This document shows, one piece after another, positions 12,836 through 25,834 of a DNA stretch of 64,000 bases. The first letter of the stretch is position 1. Every line of letters begins with the position of its first letter. The stretch lies in the NCBI RefSeq assembly GCF_006345805.1, contig NC_043002.1, positions 18,352,001-18,416,000 of the forward strand, written 5' to 3'. Origin of the DNA: Octopus sinensis (Eukaryota). The notes under the pieces were generated by a model, which ran no database searches, was not told the origin of the DNA, and saw only the letters and a program-made list of their open reading frames with translations. Both the position numbers and the translations under genes were made by a program.

Positions 12836-13600
12836 CCCCCATTAATGATAACTATCTGAAAACTCATGTGAGACCTACAATAAAGTATTATTCCCTTATC
12901 TGAGACGGTACCGCTGCTACATCCAAGGCCGCCTCCGATGAAAATTATTCGTTTACTTACACATCAACCCACTTGCCAGCGCTCCACCAACAACTCATGG
13001 ACACACTCTCTCTCTCTCTCTCTCTCTTCCTTTTCTACTGCTACCATAGTAGCCTCTACTCCGCTGATCTAGCTCATAACACGCCATCTTCACCCAGACA
13101 TTGTCGATTCATTCGTCTCACCTCTTATCATCCATATTATGTCTACCAACCTAAATTCTGCACTAACTCTAACACAAACCGAGGCATACGCGAGCGCGCA
13201 CTGTTTCCTACATTGACTATTTCCATTCAGAACGTCGACGTTCTGGAATTCTCTTGCCGCAACCTTCAGCCATTGAAACGGACAGTTACCGGCATTGGTC
13301 AGTCTGTGGTCTTGGAGTGTCTGCAATGGTCATGTGCACAAACCACTCTTCCAAACCATACAATTGAAAATATTATTTACCCATTTACTTGTTTCAGTCA
13401 TTTGACTGTGGCCATGCTGGAGCACCGCCTTTAGTCGAGCAAATCGACCCCAGGACTTATTCTTTGATTGCCTAGTACTTATTCTATCGGTCTCGTTTGC
13501 CGAACCGCTAAGTTACGGGGACGTAAACACAACAGCATCGATTGTCAAGCGATGTTGGGGGACAAACACAGACACACAAACATATACACACACACACACA

Positions 13601-13687
<87 letters not shown>

Positions 13688-13707
13688 CATACATATATAT
13701 ATATATA

Positions 13708-14200
13708 TATTGTTATATTTCGGAATGGTCATTTTGCCAGTTTAGCCAATAAAAACACACGCGCTATATATTTGGTGTTATTTTGCTTCAGTGTTATTTT
13801 TTTTTTTTTTACATTAATCTTAATCTTATTTCGGCCAGAGTTCTTTCGTCACACTCCTGTGACCGCATCAGTGGTCCTTTGTTTTCTTCTTCCTTATTTG
13901 TGTCTCTCCTTACTAACCGTCAGCCATTTTGTATTGCGACTGGTCTGCACGAAGGAACTGTTTCCATTCATATAAATTATCCAGAAATATAAAGAAAAAC
14001 TTTTTGAGCAGAGGCGTAGGAGTGGCTGTATGGTAAGATTAATGTAAAAAAAATAAATATCACTGAAGCAAAATAACACCAAATATATAGTGCGTGTGTT
14101 TATATTGGCTAAACTGGCAAAATGACCATTCCGAAATATAACAATATCTGTTTCAACACACGACTTCACATAAAAAATCTTGCACAACAAATATTTAAAC

Positions 14201-14203
<3 letters not shown>
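13708..14203. mobile_element. Inverted PLE-tail-like insertion (arms 13708-13823 / 14033-14148) carrying a hammerhead and captured flanking DNA
   Basis: Arms are reverse complements; both 3' ends abut (TA)n; related to 51130-51360. Confidence 0.75.
13833..13877 (-). ncRNA. Type-I hammerhead motif (A9C in this copy)
   Basis: rc: GGACCA-CTGATGC-G-GTCACA GGAG TGTGAC-GAAA-GAAC-TC^TGGCC. Confidence 0.7.
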
Positions 14204-14262
<59 letters not shown>

Positions 14263-14263
14263 T

Positions 14264-14298
<35 letters not shown>

Positions 14299-15134
14299 GC
14301 GACGGGCTTCTTTCAGTTTCCATCTACCAAATCCACTCACAAAGCTTTGGTCGGCCCGAGGCTAGGCTATAGTAGAAGACACTTGCCCAAGGTGCCACAC
14401 AGTGGGACTGAACCCGGAACCATGTAGTTGGTAAGCAAGCTACTTACCACACAGCCACTCCTACGCCTCTGCTCAAAAAGTTTTTCTTTATATTTCTGGA
14501 TAATTTATATGAATGGAAACAGTTCCTTCGTGCAGACCAGTCGCAATACATTTTTATAAAATTAAATGAAATTTAAATGTAACTAAAATTAATAATCTAC
14601 ATAACTAAGTCACAGGAGTCGGACATGAAAGAAAATATTTCTAAAATAATGTCAATGAACTTAGTGAGTCCCATGCTATTTAAAAATGATTCTAATTTAT
14701 ATGCTATTTAGATGCAGGCTATTTATACAACAACTACACTTGCATGGCTGGTATTTTAGTCTCGGTAATTATATCTTAATTTTTCTTTTCAATTGAATCA
14801 ACCTTTTGTTATTTTTTATCTAAATAACTATTATAGAGAAAATGGATGGGCCATGCTGTAGTAGTTTGTTGAATGAGTCAAGTTTTGAAGCATTTTGAAA
14901 TAAATTTAATGTAGACGTCGCTGGGAAGATATGTTCTTCATAAAAATAATTATCGTACTAATTGAAGTAGTTTATGAATGGAGAAAATTATCTACGAGAC
15001 TTAAACGCTTGGGTCGATGGTGATGGAGAAGCTTATTAAATTTCAATCGAGTAAATGAACATTCAAATCGTTTTCTCCGCTTCTGTCTGCTCTTTCTCTT
15101 AGAAAAAAAATACTAAAATCAGAAACTCAGTCCC

Positions 15135-15982
15135 AATAATATTTTTAATTGTATGGTTTGGAAGAGGGGTTCGTGCACTCGACCATTGCAGACATTCCAA
15201 GACAACAGACTGACCAATGCCGGTAACTGTCCGTTTCAATGGCTGAAGGTTGCAGCAAGAGAATTCCAGAAAGTCGACGTTCTGAATGGAAATAGTCAGT
15301 GTAGGAAACAGTCAGCGCGCGCGTGTGCCTGGGTTAGTGTTATGAGCTAGATGAGCTGATTAGAGGCTACTATGGTAGCTGTAGAAAAGGAAGAGAGAAA
15401 GAGTGTGTCTATGAGCTGTTGGTGGTGCGTTGGTGAGTGGGTTAATGCGTAAGTAATCGAACAATTTTCATCGGAGGCGGTCTAGGATGTCCGTGACTGT
15501 AGTAGCGGTACCGTCTCAGATAAGGGTATAGTACTTTATTGTAGGTCTCACTTGAGTTTTCAGATAGTTATCGTTAATGAGGTTGTGGGGGAGACGAGCT
15601 GGCAAAATCAATGAAATGCTTAGCGGTATTTCACCCGCCGTTACGTTCTGCGTTCAAATTCCGCCGTGGTCGACTTTGCCTTTCATCCTTTCGGGGTCGA
15701 TTAACTAAGTACCAGTTACGCACTGGAGTCGATATAATCCACTTAGTCTGTTTGTCTGTCCTTGTTTGTCCTCTCTGTGTTTAGCCCCTTGTGGGTAGTA
15801 AAGAAATAGGTATTTCACCCGCCGTTACATTCTGCGTTCAAATTCCGCCGTGGTCGACTTCGCCTTTCATCCTTTCGACGTCAACAAATTAAGTACCAGT
15901 GAAACACTGGGGTCGATGTAATCCACTAGTCCCCTCCTACCAAATTTCAGGCCTTGTGCCTTTAGCAGACAGGATTATTAAC
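15135..15982 (-). repeat. Inverted duplication of 12439-13377 (LINE 3' end + SINE dimer)
   Basis: Long reverse-complement matches, e.g. GACTGACCAATGCCGGTAACTGTCCGTTTCAATGGCTGAAGGTTGC; ~100-bp deletion in this copy. Confidence 0.9.
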
Positions 15983-17087
15983 TATTTACTTAAGTATGAT
16001 GAACACAAATGCGTCATATGTGAGGATCTAAAAATTGTCAACTTTTTACTTGGCCAACAGGGAGTGTATACAAAATATCAGTGTTTCCTGTGTTTATTGG
16101 ATAGCCAAGCGAGAGACAAACGTTGGGAACAGAATCTGTGGCCAGTGAGGAAAAGTTTGACTGTTGGGGAGAATCCTATCATACACCAAGCACTTGCTGA
16201 GCGTGAGAAAATCATCTTCTAACCCCTTCATATTAAACTAGGACCAATGAAGCAATTTGTCAAAGCTCTTAATGTGGAGGGCAACTGTTTCAAATTTCCT
16301 TGTACATTTCCTTGCTTAAGCTATTATAAAATAGTGGCTAAGTTTTTTTGATGGGCCACAAATCAGAGAGTTAATGAAATGTTATAATTTCTCAAGCTTG
16401 ATAGCTGACATAGAAAAAAGAGTACGGGATTCATTTGTGGCTGTTGTGAAAGGATTTTAGGGGAGTGAAAGGGCTGCAAACTACAAGGATTTGGTGGAGA
16501 CATTACTTGATAGCTTCCATCATTTAGGCTGCAACATGAGCATAAAGCTTCAGCTCCTCAACAGCCATCTTCGATGAATTTCCTGCTAATCTCGGAGACG
16601 TGAACGACGAGCATGGTGAGCATTTTCATGAAGTTATCAAGGTTATGGAGGAGAGATATAAAGGCCGATGGAACAAACACTTGATGGCAGACTACTCTTA
16701 GAATATTCAAAGGGACTGTGTAGACATGAAATATTCCATATATCTTCGCAAGCGGAAATTTGTTCCATAAATATGAAGCTATAAGTACGATGGTTTGTGT
16801 TTTATCTATCATATTAGAGCGTTAACAGCATGTATTTAATAAAAGGTGATGCTATCTTATATTTCATATTCTATTGACATAATAAATTATGGTTTGAAGC
16901 TATAAGACTTAGTAAACTATCCTGACTAAGTAAATTATTTACACAGTATCTTATAAAATAGGGGTATGCTTAAGAAGGAAAACCTGATGTGTTAGGAAAC
17001 AATGGATGCTTTATTTGAAATCAACATCTCAAAATTGACTAAAAACAACCACAAGACCGAAGTCAGCAAAAAGTGTGTTGACCAGTG
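15983..17087 (+). mobile_element. 3' half of a Chapaev3-like (RAG1/Transib-related DDE) DNA transposon, pseudogenised
   Basis: CEDLKIVNFLLGQQGVYTKYQCFLC, PLHIKLG, GPQIRELM, LGCNMSIKL, FPANLGDVNDEHGEHFH; ends ...GTTGACCAGTG followed by TAA. Confidence 0.75.
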
Positions 17088-17379
17088 TAATATACAGTAT
17101 ACATATATGTGTGTATATGTGTGTCTGTGTGCGTGTGTGTTTGTGTGTGCTCCCAAGGAAAGTTTACAAACTTACCTCTCCTGCAATATGATCCATCCAA
17201 CGAGGGAGCCGCTGCATAGTAATTCGATCTACTAGAAATAGCAACCAAATCACCATCAAATCACACCGACTTTAAAACAGGACACATTGGATTTCATCGT
17301 AGATATTCTTTCGCTACATATTTGAATATTATTTGCTCAGAATATTTAGGTATTACATGCATTCTGTTATAATCATTTA

Positions 17380-17960
17380 AGGTGGCGAGGTGTCTGACAC
17401 GTTAACGCATCGGACATAATGCTTAGCAACACTTTTTCCATTCTGAATTCAGATCCCGCCGAGGTCAGCCTTGCGTTTCATTGTTTAGGGTTCGGTAAAA
17501 TAAGTACCAGCTGTGTTCTGGGGTCGATGTTATCGACTAATACCTCCTCTAAAATCTCTGACCTTGCGACAAACAGTGAAATTATTAAGTACGGGAAGCT
17601 GGCAGAATCGTTTGCATGCAGGATGAAATGCTTAGCGGTATTTCGTCTGCCGCTGCGTTCTGAGTTCAAATTCCGCCGAGGTCGACTTTGCCGTTCATCC
17701 TTTCGGGGTCGATTAAATAAGTACCAGTTACGCACTGGGGTCGATATAATCAACTTAATCTGTTTGTCCTTGTTTGTCCTCTCTGTGTTTAGATCCTTGT
17801 GGGTAGTAAAGAAATAGGTATTTCATTCCGGCTTTACGTTCTGAGTTCAAATTCGGCTAAGGTCAGCTTTGTCTTTCATTCTTTTGTGGCCGATAAGATA
17901 AGTATCAGTCAATCACTGGTCGATGTAATCGACAAGACCCTTCTCCTAAATCAATGCCTT
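17380..17960 (+). mobile_element. Cluster of three family-A SINE bodies
   Basis: B box and central domain repeated three times. Confidence 0.8.
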
Positions 17961-18469
17961 GTGCAGAAAGAATTACTATATTCAGTCTTTGCAGAAATAG
18001 TTTTGTCCAAACGTCCAATGCGGACAATTAGTAAATCAATTTATTACTAATTTAACCCTTTCGTATATCATAAATTCTTAAGTTATTACTATTATTTATT
18101 GATTAACGTTAAATATTAATGAGTGTTAGATACATATCTATCTCAGAAAATAAGTCACGCTATATCAATTAGTCTAGTTTCGCAATGTCATTAATCGTTG
18201 AAACAATCAAACAGTGACTTATGAATAAATTATATTAACAATAAAAATTTTATTATAGATAAAAGTTTTATTGTCTCTATCTATACTACTCAAATATTAA
18301 TATACGAAAACTGTACACTAGCATGGGTAGTCCTATTAAAGTGTTATTATTACAGCAAGTCAAAGTTATGAATAAAAATGTCATCTTTATTATTATTCTT
18401 TATTATTCTATAGATTCCGTTGGTCAGAGATTACCATGAATCGCGTATGTGCACGCAAGGCTGGACATT

Positions 18470-18685
18470 TGAGTAACTTCTCCCATAACTACTGTCATTT
18501 ACTTTCTCACTCCTCCTACTCCTCCTCTTCTTCCTATGTCTCCTTAGTTTTCCTTTTTCACTGCGTGTAGCGCTTTTTACTCATTGTCTGTCACCAAGCC
18601 TAGTATGTACACTCATTTTGTACCCTTTATGTGGACTGTCACCGAATCTTTATTTTACTCCCCTCTCCCCGTCTTTATATACAAT
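18470..18685 (-). mobile_element. Fragment of the Helitron-like family at 22549
   Basis: rc contains CATACTAGGCTTGGTG(A/G)CAGA(C/T)AATGAGTAAA, as at 22686. Confidence 0.55.
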
Positions 18686-18934
18686 GTAAAACGGACTGCA
18701 GAAATCAACCAACATTTATATCAGCTATTATCATAAAGAGATAGAGTAATCCAACAATAGAAGATAAAACATTAAAAGAATTACTTTTTAGAGGTATGTA
18801 GAATACGTATAAATGGTCGGCATCGTTTAGTTTAATAATGATATAACAAACTATTGTAATCATAATAGTTATATTAGTCATCGTAGAGGTACTCGGTTGG
18901 TATTTAATGCACATAAATTATAGATATTCTCTTA

Positions 18935-19077
18935 GGCGTAGGAGTGACTGTGTGGTAAGTAGCTTGCTTACCAACCACATGGGTCTCGGTTCAGTCCTAG
19001 TGCGTGGCACCTTGGGCAGGTGTCTTCTGATATAGCCTCGGGCCGACCAAAGCCTTGTGAGTGGACGGAAACTATAC

Positions 19078-19143
<66 letters not shown>

Positions 19144-19358
19144 ATATATGTATGTATGTGTTTGTCCCCCAACATCGCTTGACAACTGATGCAGGTGTGT
19201 TTACGTCCCCGTAACTTAGCGGTTCGGCAAAAGAGATACGATAGAATAAATACTAGGCTTACAAAGAATAAATCCTGGGGGTCGATTTGCTCGACTAAAG
19301 GCGGTGCTCCAGCATGGCTACAGTCAAATGATTGAAACAAGTAAAAAAGTAAAAGAGT
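18935..19358 (+). mobile_element. Family-B SINE
   Basis: Matches the 4920 copy. Confidence 0.9.
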
Positions 19359-19558
19359 AATTAAACAACATAATTATTTCCGGATTTTAATTAAGCACTG
19401 AATTTTTTAGCAAATAAGGCCTCCATCACTTCAGCAGTACATAAGCTGCATTGCGTTTCTGAGGAATGTAAGATTTTTCCACGGCCAAAATGATTCAATG
19501 CGTCATATGTATATACAGGCGTTGAACTTTTCTAGTATATTTCTTAAAACTAAATTAT

Positions 19559-19898
19559 GATAATGTAAAGTATAGAAGCCATCTTAATATGGCTAACCAC
19601 AAAGGGAAGGGGATGTTACTGTAGCTCTATAGCCCCAGGAGATCGTCGTCTCCAGCTGGCTTTAGACACCATTTCAGTGCCCTTGAAGTATTTGCAAAGG
19701 GAGGCCATCCTTTTCTCGCAAGCCTGAGAAAGGGAAAGCGAGAACGGGATGGCCTCACTTTGCAAATACTTCAAGGGCACTGAAATAGTGTCTAAAACCA
19801 GCTGGAGACGACGATCTCCTGGGGCTATAGAGCTACAGTAACACACCCTCCCCTTTGTGGTTAGCCATATTAAGATGGCTTCTATACTTTACATTATC
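19559..19898. repeat. Near-perfect palindrome, 161-bp arms, 18-nt spacer
   Basis: 19559-19719 = rc of 19738-19898 with a handful of mismatches. Confidence 0.95.
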
Positions 19899-20009
19899 GA
19901 GCGATTACTGTTTACATCTCATTCTGAGATTTAATAATGCTTAAATTATAATAGTATTTTCTTAATGTATGGCTTACAAGTAGTTGAATAACAACATTTT
20001 TGTAAACTA

Positions 20010-20246
20010 TTTCTTATTTCTTTATTGCCCACAAGGAGCTAAACATAGAGGGGACAAACAAGGACAGACAAAAGGACTAAATCGATTACATCGATCCCAG
20101 TGCGTGACTGGTACTTAATTTATTGACCCCGAAAGGATGAAAGGCGAAGTCGACCTAGGCGGAATTTGAACTCAGAACGTAACGGCAGACGAAATAAGGC
20201 TAAGCATTTCGCCCGGCGTGCTAACGTTTCTACCAGCTCGCCGCCT
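20010..20246 (-). mobile_element. Family-A SINE with TSD
   Basis: TTGTAAACTATTTCT on both sides. Confidence 0.9.
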
Positions 20247-20479
20247 TTTCTTGTAAACTATTTCTATAGCAAAGCAGTTAGAGTTAAGAGAACAATTGTT
20301 TTGGTCAGTACAATTTTAGTTTGTGTTATCACTAGAGCGATTTTCGTTAATTTAGCTCAAACGAATCAAGCTGTCCTTTGTACTATCCTTTGTAGTATCC
20401 TTTATGCTCAATTGACCATAACAAAATGGGATTATTTTACGCCATTTTTATAAAAAATATTTATGGTATTTATTCTGAG

Positions 20480-22100
20480 AGTGAAAATTTATGCTAAACA
20501 TATATAAAATATTTGAGGCATACTGGTAATTGCCTCTGTATTATGAGTAGGATCACTCCAGGAGATCTGGACATTTCAGCTATTCTTAACTTTATTTAAG
20601 AATGGAATTAAGGAATTTTATCTTTAAATCCGCTTCTAAGAAAGGAATAATCATTAACAATTTGCTCATTATTACATGTATTAATTGCTCTGAGGAATAT
20701 GTTCTTAAGCAAGTTCCTGGCTATAATTTGTGGATGGTTGAGATCATTTGTTAATAATATATTTTAATAGTGAATTAGGTTTTCAATAAGGAAGTTAGAT
20801 TGCATTAAGTTTATATTGGCATCTAGAACGTTGACCGTATTAAGGTATTAAAATAGTTTTAAATCCTTAATCTTTAAACTTATAGCGATCCTTCACAATG
20901 CTAACTGTACTACGTGGTTTACAGCTAGCAAGCGTTGTTAATCCATAATCTCAATATACTCTTTCTTTAAACATATGGATGTTTTCCTTTTAGTTGCTGT
21001 GGTACATTCATGTAATCTATTATATAAAATCCGTTCTGTCTGTCTGTGTGTGTGTCTTCTAGGATCTCGGGCATCCTCCATCCGATTGCACTCAAATTTG
21101 ATATGTAGATACCGACGGTATCGGAGCATGTATAAGTCTTAAAAAAATTACAAAAATCGATTCTAGGTGAGAATGCGATCGATAAAGCCGTGGGAACGTG
21201 CATTTGTACGCGCAAGTACATCAGTCGAAATCCGTCTTTTGCTGATGTCTCAAATTTAGGTTAATTCAGTTTTTCTCAAAGACGAAGCCTATGGGACGGT
21301 CGGACAAGTTGTTTTGAGAAAATTTGGTTTAAATGTTTGATAACTCAGCACCGCCCATTGGACGGTGGGGGCGTTTTGCTCGTATACATATTCATATAGG
21401 TTAAACATTCATGTAGTATATACACTCGCGTAGTTTATACAGTTATTATATAAATTCCATTTAAATTCAGTAATATCCCTCGAATCATTTTGCACTTATT
21501 GAAGTTACATTGGATTACTGGTTGATTTCTTTATCCATAATGAGTGATTGAAGTCATTAACTGTTTTCTCTTGACTGTAATGTAACACTAATTCTAAAAT
21601 CTATATTCTTTATAGTTGTAGCATAAGTAATGGCTTTATCTGCTAGAAATCCCGTAACAGACGCATAGACGTTATGTAGTGAAATTGTAGAAACCTAGTA
21701 CGGAAAGTACGGAACTTATCTATGTTACAAAACAGACCTACCACTTCTGATTGATTAATCTATAAATTCAACTGTGATTTTTGGATTTTTTTTCTTTTTT
21801 TTTTTACTTGGAAATTATTCCCTGACTAAGTTTACCAATACCAGATTTAGATGGATTTATCAGAAAGATTGGTTCCTATTGAAATCTAATTCATGGATGT
21901 TGAAGATTCGGAGATTCAGTTTTACATCTATAGAGTTCTGAAGTGAATTATTAAATTTTCTTTTCAGAATTCAAGTTGGTATTCCTGTATAAATAACTTA
22001 TACCGTTTCGACTCATATTGTTGTAGATAAATGGACTTACATGATCCAGATTTCTAGTTTTATTAGAAAAAAATTCATATATATATTCGCTGAATTGCGA
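20480..22100 (-). pseudogene. Decayed Penelope-like element reverse transcriptase, split by a Helitron-like insert
   Basis: Minus-strand motifs in order: LINPSKSGIGKLS, SLWIKKST..DSRDITEF (motif-B-like), NTVNVLDANINL, LNHPQIIARNL..RSGFKDKI. Confidence 0.7.
21016..21420 (+). mobile_element. Helitron-like non-autonomous element, 5' part
   Basis: A|TCTATTATATAAAA start followed by (GTCT)n; interrupts the PLE RT; no clear 3' CTAG. Confidence 0.5.
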
Positions 22101-22548
22101 AAGTTCTTCATTTTTCTTTTAAAATCTTACTGAAAAAAGATTCATATATATCTTGAACACGTTTAATAAGAACAAAAATGTCGTCCTCAAAGTTGAGAAC
22201 TAAAGAGTTCGGTTACTGGATTCGATTAGATTTACATCCGAATTTATCATTTATCGGTAGCCATCTCATTCAAAATATACAGCCGCTGTTTCATTCAAAA
22301 TATACAGCCTACCTTTTCATTTATTTTAAACAAATCTGCCTTCTGCAATGATGGTTGAATGTGGAATTTTCTGGAAAGAACAAAAATTTTTTAACTTGAA
22401 ATTTTCTGTGGTTGATTTTGTGTTTCGAAAAGCGCGACATTATAGAAACTATAATATATACGTTTATCTAGAATATAGTCTTAACAGAATAAATAAGAAG
22501 GCCACTATTCAATGCATAGGCCAATACATACTAACACACAGTTTTATT

Positions 22549-23028
22549 TCTATATAATATATATAATAATAGCAAATGTTTGGCTGGTTGATTTCTCCAC
22601 TTATACTCTTCACCGTATAGAGACAGGGAGAGAGGGGGTAAAAAAGTAACAAAGAGAATTAACGCAAGACGTACAAGATTGTCCGCATACTAGGCTTGGT
22701 GGCAGATAATGAGTAAAGGAACACTACACACACAAAAACACACAAACAGTATGAGAAAGAATCACAGAATCAGAGAAGGAGGTGAGGGAGTAAATTACAG
22801 AATAGTTACGCGAGAAAATATGCAAATGACAAATTTCTTTTATTTAATTATATTTTAACGTAAAAAATGTTCGTTTCGAAAATTAATTTCATAATTTTGT
22901 ATAAGTACCCAAAGATTTGATGAAAGTTAAATTATGATTATAGTGCGTATTCCATATTTCCTGATATTACTCATGATGGCAAAGGTATACTTCCATAGCT
23001 ACCTGTCTTATGACAGGTAACACTTTAG
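22549..23028 (+). mobile_element. Helitron-like non-autonomous element
   Basis: 5' TCTATATAATATATATATAAA; subterminal hairpin TACCTGTC-TTAT-GACAGGTA, then TTAG|T; related copies at 4590 and 18470. Confidence 0.6.
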
Positions 23029-23957
23029 TGTGTTTATAAGCACTAAGTTTCCCTCATTCGTTTCCAACTCACTTCAGAGGCCAAATACATTAAATACAGG
23101 ATGTGACCTGTTATTTATACAAAATTCAGTGACAAAAACAACCTCATTTAAAAGAAAAAGAAAAAAATTAAACATCTGAGGCTAGCTATTATCAGACGGC
23201 CATTGTAAAAATTTAAGCTTTTTAATCGTATCATCATAATTTAAAAAGAGCCGTGTTTGTTGTCTCTCTTTTCATTTGTCACTCCGTAATTCAGACTTTA
23301 TCATCAGATCCTGAACATTTTCAAGTCTTATGACTTTAGTGACGTCACAATACATAATCTGAATGACGCCACACTTGATGTTCAAAGCTATTCAATGTCA
23401 AACGGTCATGAATATTTCACTCTCAAATACAATCGATTGAGAGGTAAAAGATAAAGAAGTGGTAATGGAATAAGAAAGAGAATGGTTGTAAAATAGCTGC
23501 AGATTCTCTAAAACTTTCACACAATTAAACAGTTAATTCTGTTGTGAATTAAACTTTGAATTAAACATTGTTCTTTCTTTCACTTGAAATTATATATTTC
23601 TCAGGCGGGTAAATTCTTTTACAAAATCTTTAGATAGTAAGACGGTCGTTTTCTGCTGTTGGTTTGAAAGATACATTTTCTACATAAAGAGTTGTTAATA
23701 TACAGAACTAACTAAAGTTAAAATCACGGAAACACTCCTTATCGTGGCTAAAAATTATTCACTGAACTTTATCATTTACTACTTTGTTTATATACGAAGA
23801 AATTCCGAGTAAAGTATTTCATTGAAATGTTATATTTATATTGTGGACAAAATTATTTTATAAAAGAAAGTTCCCTTTGGCGTTGTCTTCAGCCACAAAT
23901 ATTACTATGACATTACTAACATATACAAAATAATACCAACACGCATTCACAAATATA

Positions 23958-24180
23958 TATTTCTTTCCTGCCCACAAGGGGCTAAACATGGAGGAGACAA
24001 ACAAGGACAGACAAAGGGATTAAGTCTATTACTCCAGTGTGTAACTGGTACTTATTTAATCGACCCCGAAAGGATGAAAGGCAAAGTCGACCTCGGTGGA
24101 ATTTGAACTCAGAACATAACAACAGACGAAATACGGCTACGCACTTCGCCCGCCGTGCTAACGTTTCTGCCAGCTCGCGA
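23958..24180 (-). mobile_element. Family-A SINE
   Basis: Matches the family consensus. Confidence 0.9.
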
Positions 24181-25834
24181 GCCATTATGTGGTTACTTGA
24201 TCTGCTAAAAATATTAGACCAGTCTCCTTCAAATCAGCCACAACGACACATCAAAACGATAAACCTTGTTTATAAAGAACTCTTCTAAGCAAATGTAAAT
24301 ATTTACTGAGTTAGCTAAACATGAAATAAAACACTTTTAAATGTTTTTAAGCAAACAATATTTTAAAAGATAATTTATGAAGTCTTCGCTTAAAAAGTCT
24401 ACCTAAATTTCAATAAGTTAACGAATTAAAAAGCGCCCAATATAACATTTATTTTTCTAAGAATGAAAATAACGGTAAAGTTAATAATATAAAATTCTTT
24501 TAAAGTCTCTTTGTATTTAAACTGAATATATCTCATATTAAAGATTGCGTTTTAAATGGGCAAACAATTTAATTTTAAAATTTTACCAACTTGCCGTCAG
24601 CAAAGAAACATATATTGAACAAGTAAAAACAAAAATTATATTTATTAAATGTCTTATTAATTAAATTTGGAACCTGGAGAATATGAAGAAATGAAAATAT
24701 TTTTAAATATTCTTTAAAAATACGTAGTCAATATAATTGCATAACATACAATATTTAATTGAGATGTACAAGTTCTTAACATCTAGGTAGTACTCTCATT
24801 ATATCATAATTGTAATAAGAGTTCAATCTTAGAATAAAATGGCTCATCAGTAAAAATCTGTTCAAAAATTCAGACGGCATGAATTACACTCACCCTAAAC
24901 ATTACTCAATCAATTTATTATTATTAAACCTTTTGCATATCATGAATTCTTAAGTTATATCTATTACTTATAGATGAATATTGACAAATTAACCTCTACA
25001 TTTATAAAGGAGTAAGATACCTATCTTTTTAAGAAAACAGCTATATCAATTAGTCTAACAGAAGTTGCCATTTGAATAAGTTATATTGCGAATAAAAATC
25101 CGATAATAAATCAAAATTTCCTGATGTTTAAACAACATAAATATGGACATACGAATACTCTCTATATGTATATAATTGTAGTTAAAGAGGTGATATAACA
25201 GTAAATAATGCAAAATAATTTTTATAAGGCGTTATACTAAGATTGACAGTTAAAATTATAGCCTAATTAGAATGACAGATTTCTGAATTTGTATTCCCGT
25301 GTGTAATTTGTTTTGCATTTATATTTTTAAATATTTATAGAGTTATTCTTTTTTTTCCATCAGAGTCTACAAATGCTGCAGATTCCAGATTTAGTTAATT
25401 AGACGTTTAATAAATTATTTTTCGTGGTATCAAATAGTTTTGTTTTTTGGCTTTTGATTATGAAATTTATACCACTATTACCAGTCAAATCAAGCTAAAC
25501 GCTTGATATACTTTCTTCATGTGAGAGTAGAAATTATTTGAAAATCTGAATACAGACCTGTCGCATATTTTGCAAATAATGTTCTTTCACAAAAGTGACT
25601 ACTCTTGTCGTGCCCAGCAATTATGTATCAATTTGGTCTCTAAAAATGACTTTGCTGTAGTTTCTTCGAGTTTCAATCAGACAACATAGTTTGACCACAG
25701 TTTGAATAAAAGCTCGGCAACTCAGCGTTCACAACTGAAGCAGCATTAAACATGGTATATATTAAATATGGTATATATATATGAAAAAATAAGTCAAAAT
25801 AGAAAATGCTAAAATAATTTTATAAAGAACATTT

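Larger units (their letters stand above)
10200..13377 (+). pseudogene. Decayed CR1/L2/Jockey-group LINE ORF2 (RT), interrupted by SINEs
   Basis: Frameshifted motifs in the expected order: PSIILKQC, KKDSPSDPTKY..TSSIAKVTEIIIN, FDTV, IDGELSD, HFYAN (YADD-like), VRPTIKYYSLI*DG, WNSL. Confidence 0.75.
13381..14467 (-). mobile_element. Family-B SINE with a fold-back insertion in its internal (TA)n
   Basis: Head at 14467, tail at 13381; insertion 13708-14203. Confidence 0.9.

Noticed and set aside
15135-15982. Novel composite mobile element
   Set aside because: Its unique part is the collinear 3' end of the LINE at 10200-13377, so local duplication is simpler
19559-19719. HDV-like or twister ribozyme in the palindrome arm
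   Set aside because: Could not build the required pseudoknots by eye
18470-22830. Paralogous promoters of a gene cluster
   Set aside because: Both segments belong to a Helitron-like family with a third copy near 4600-5440
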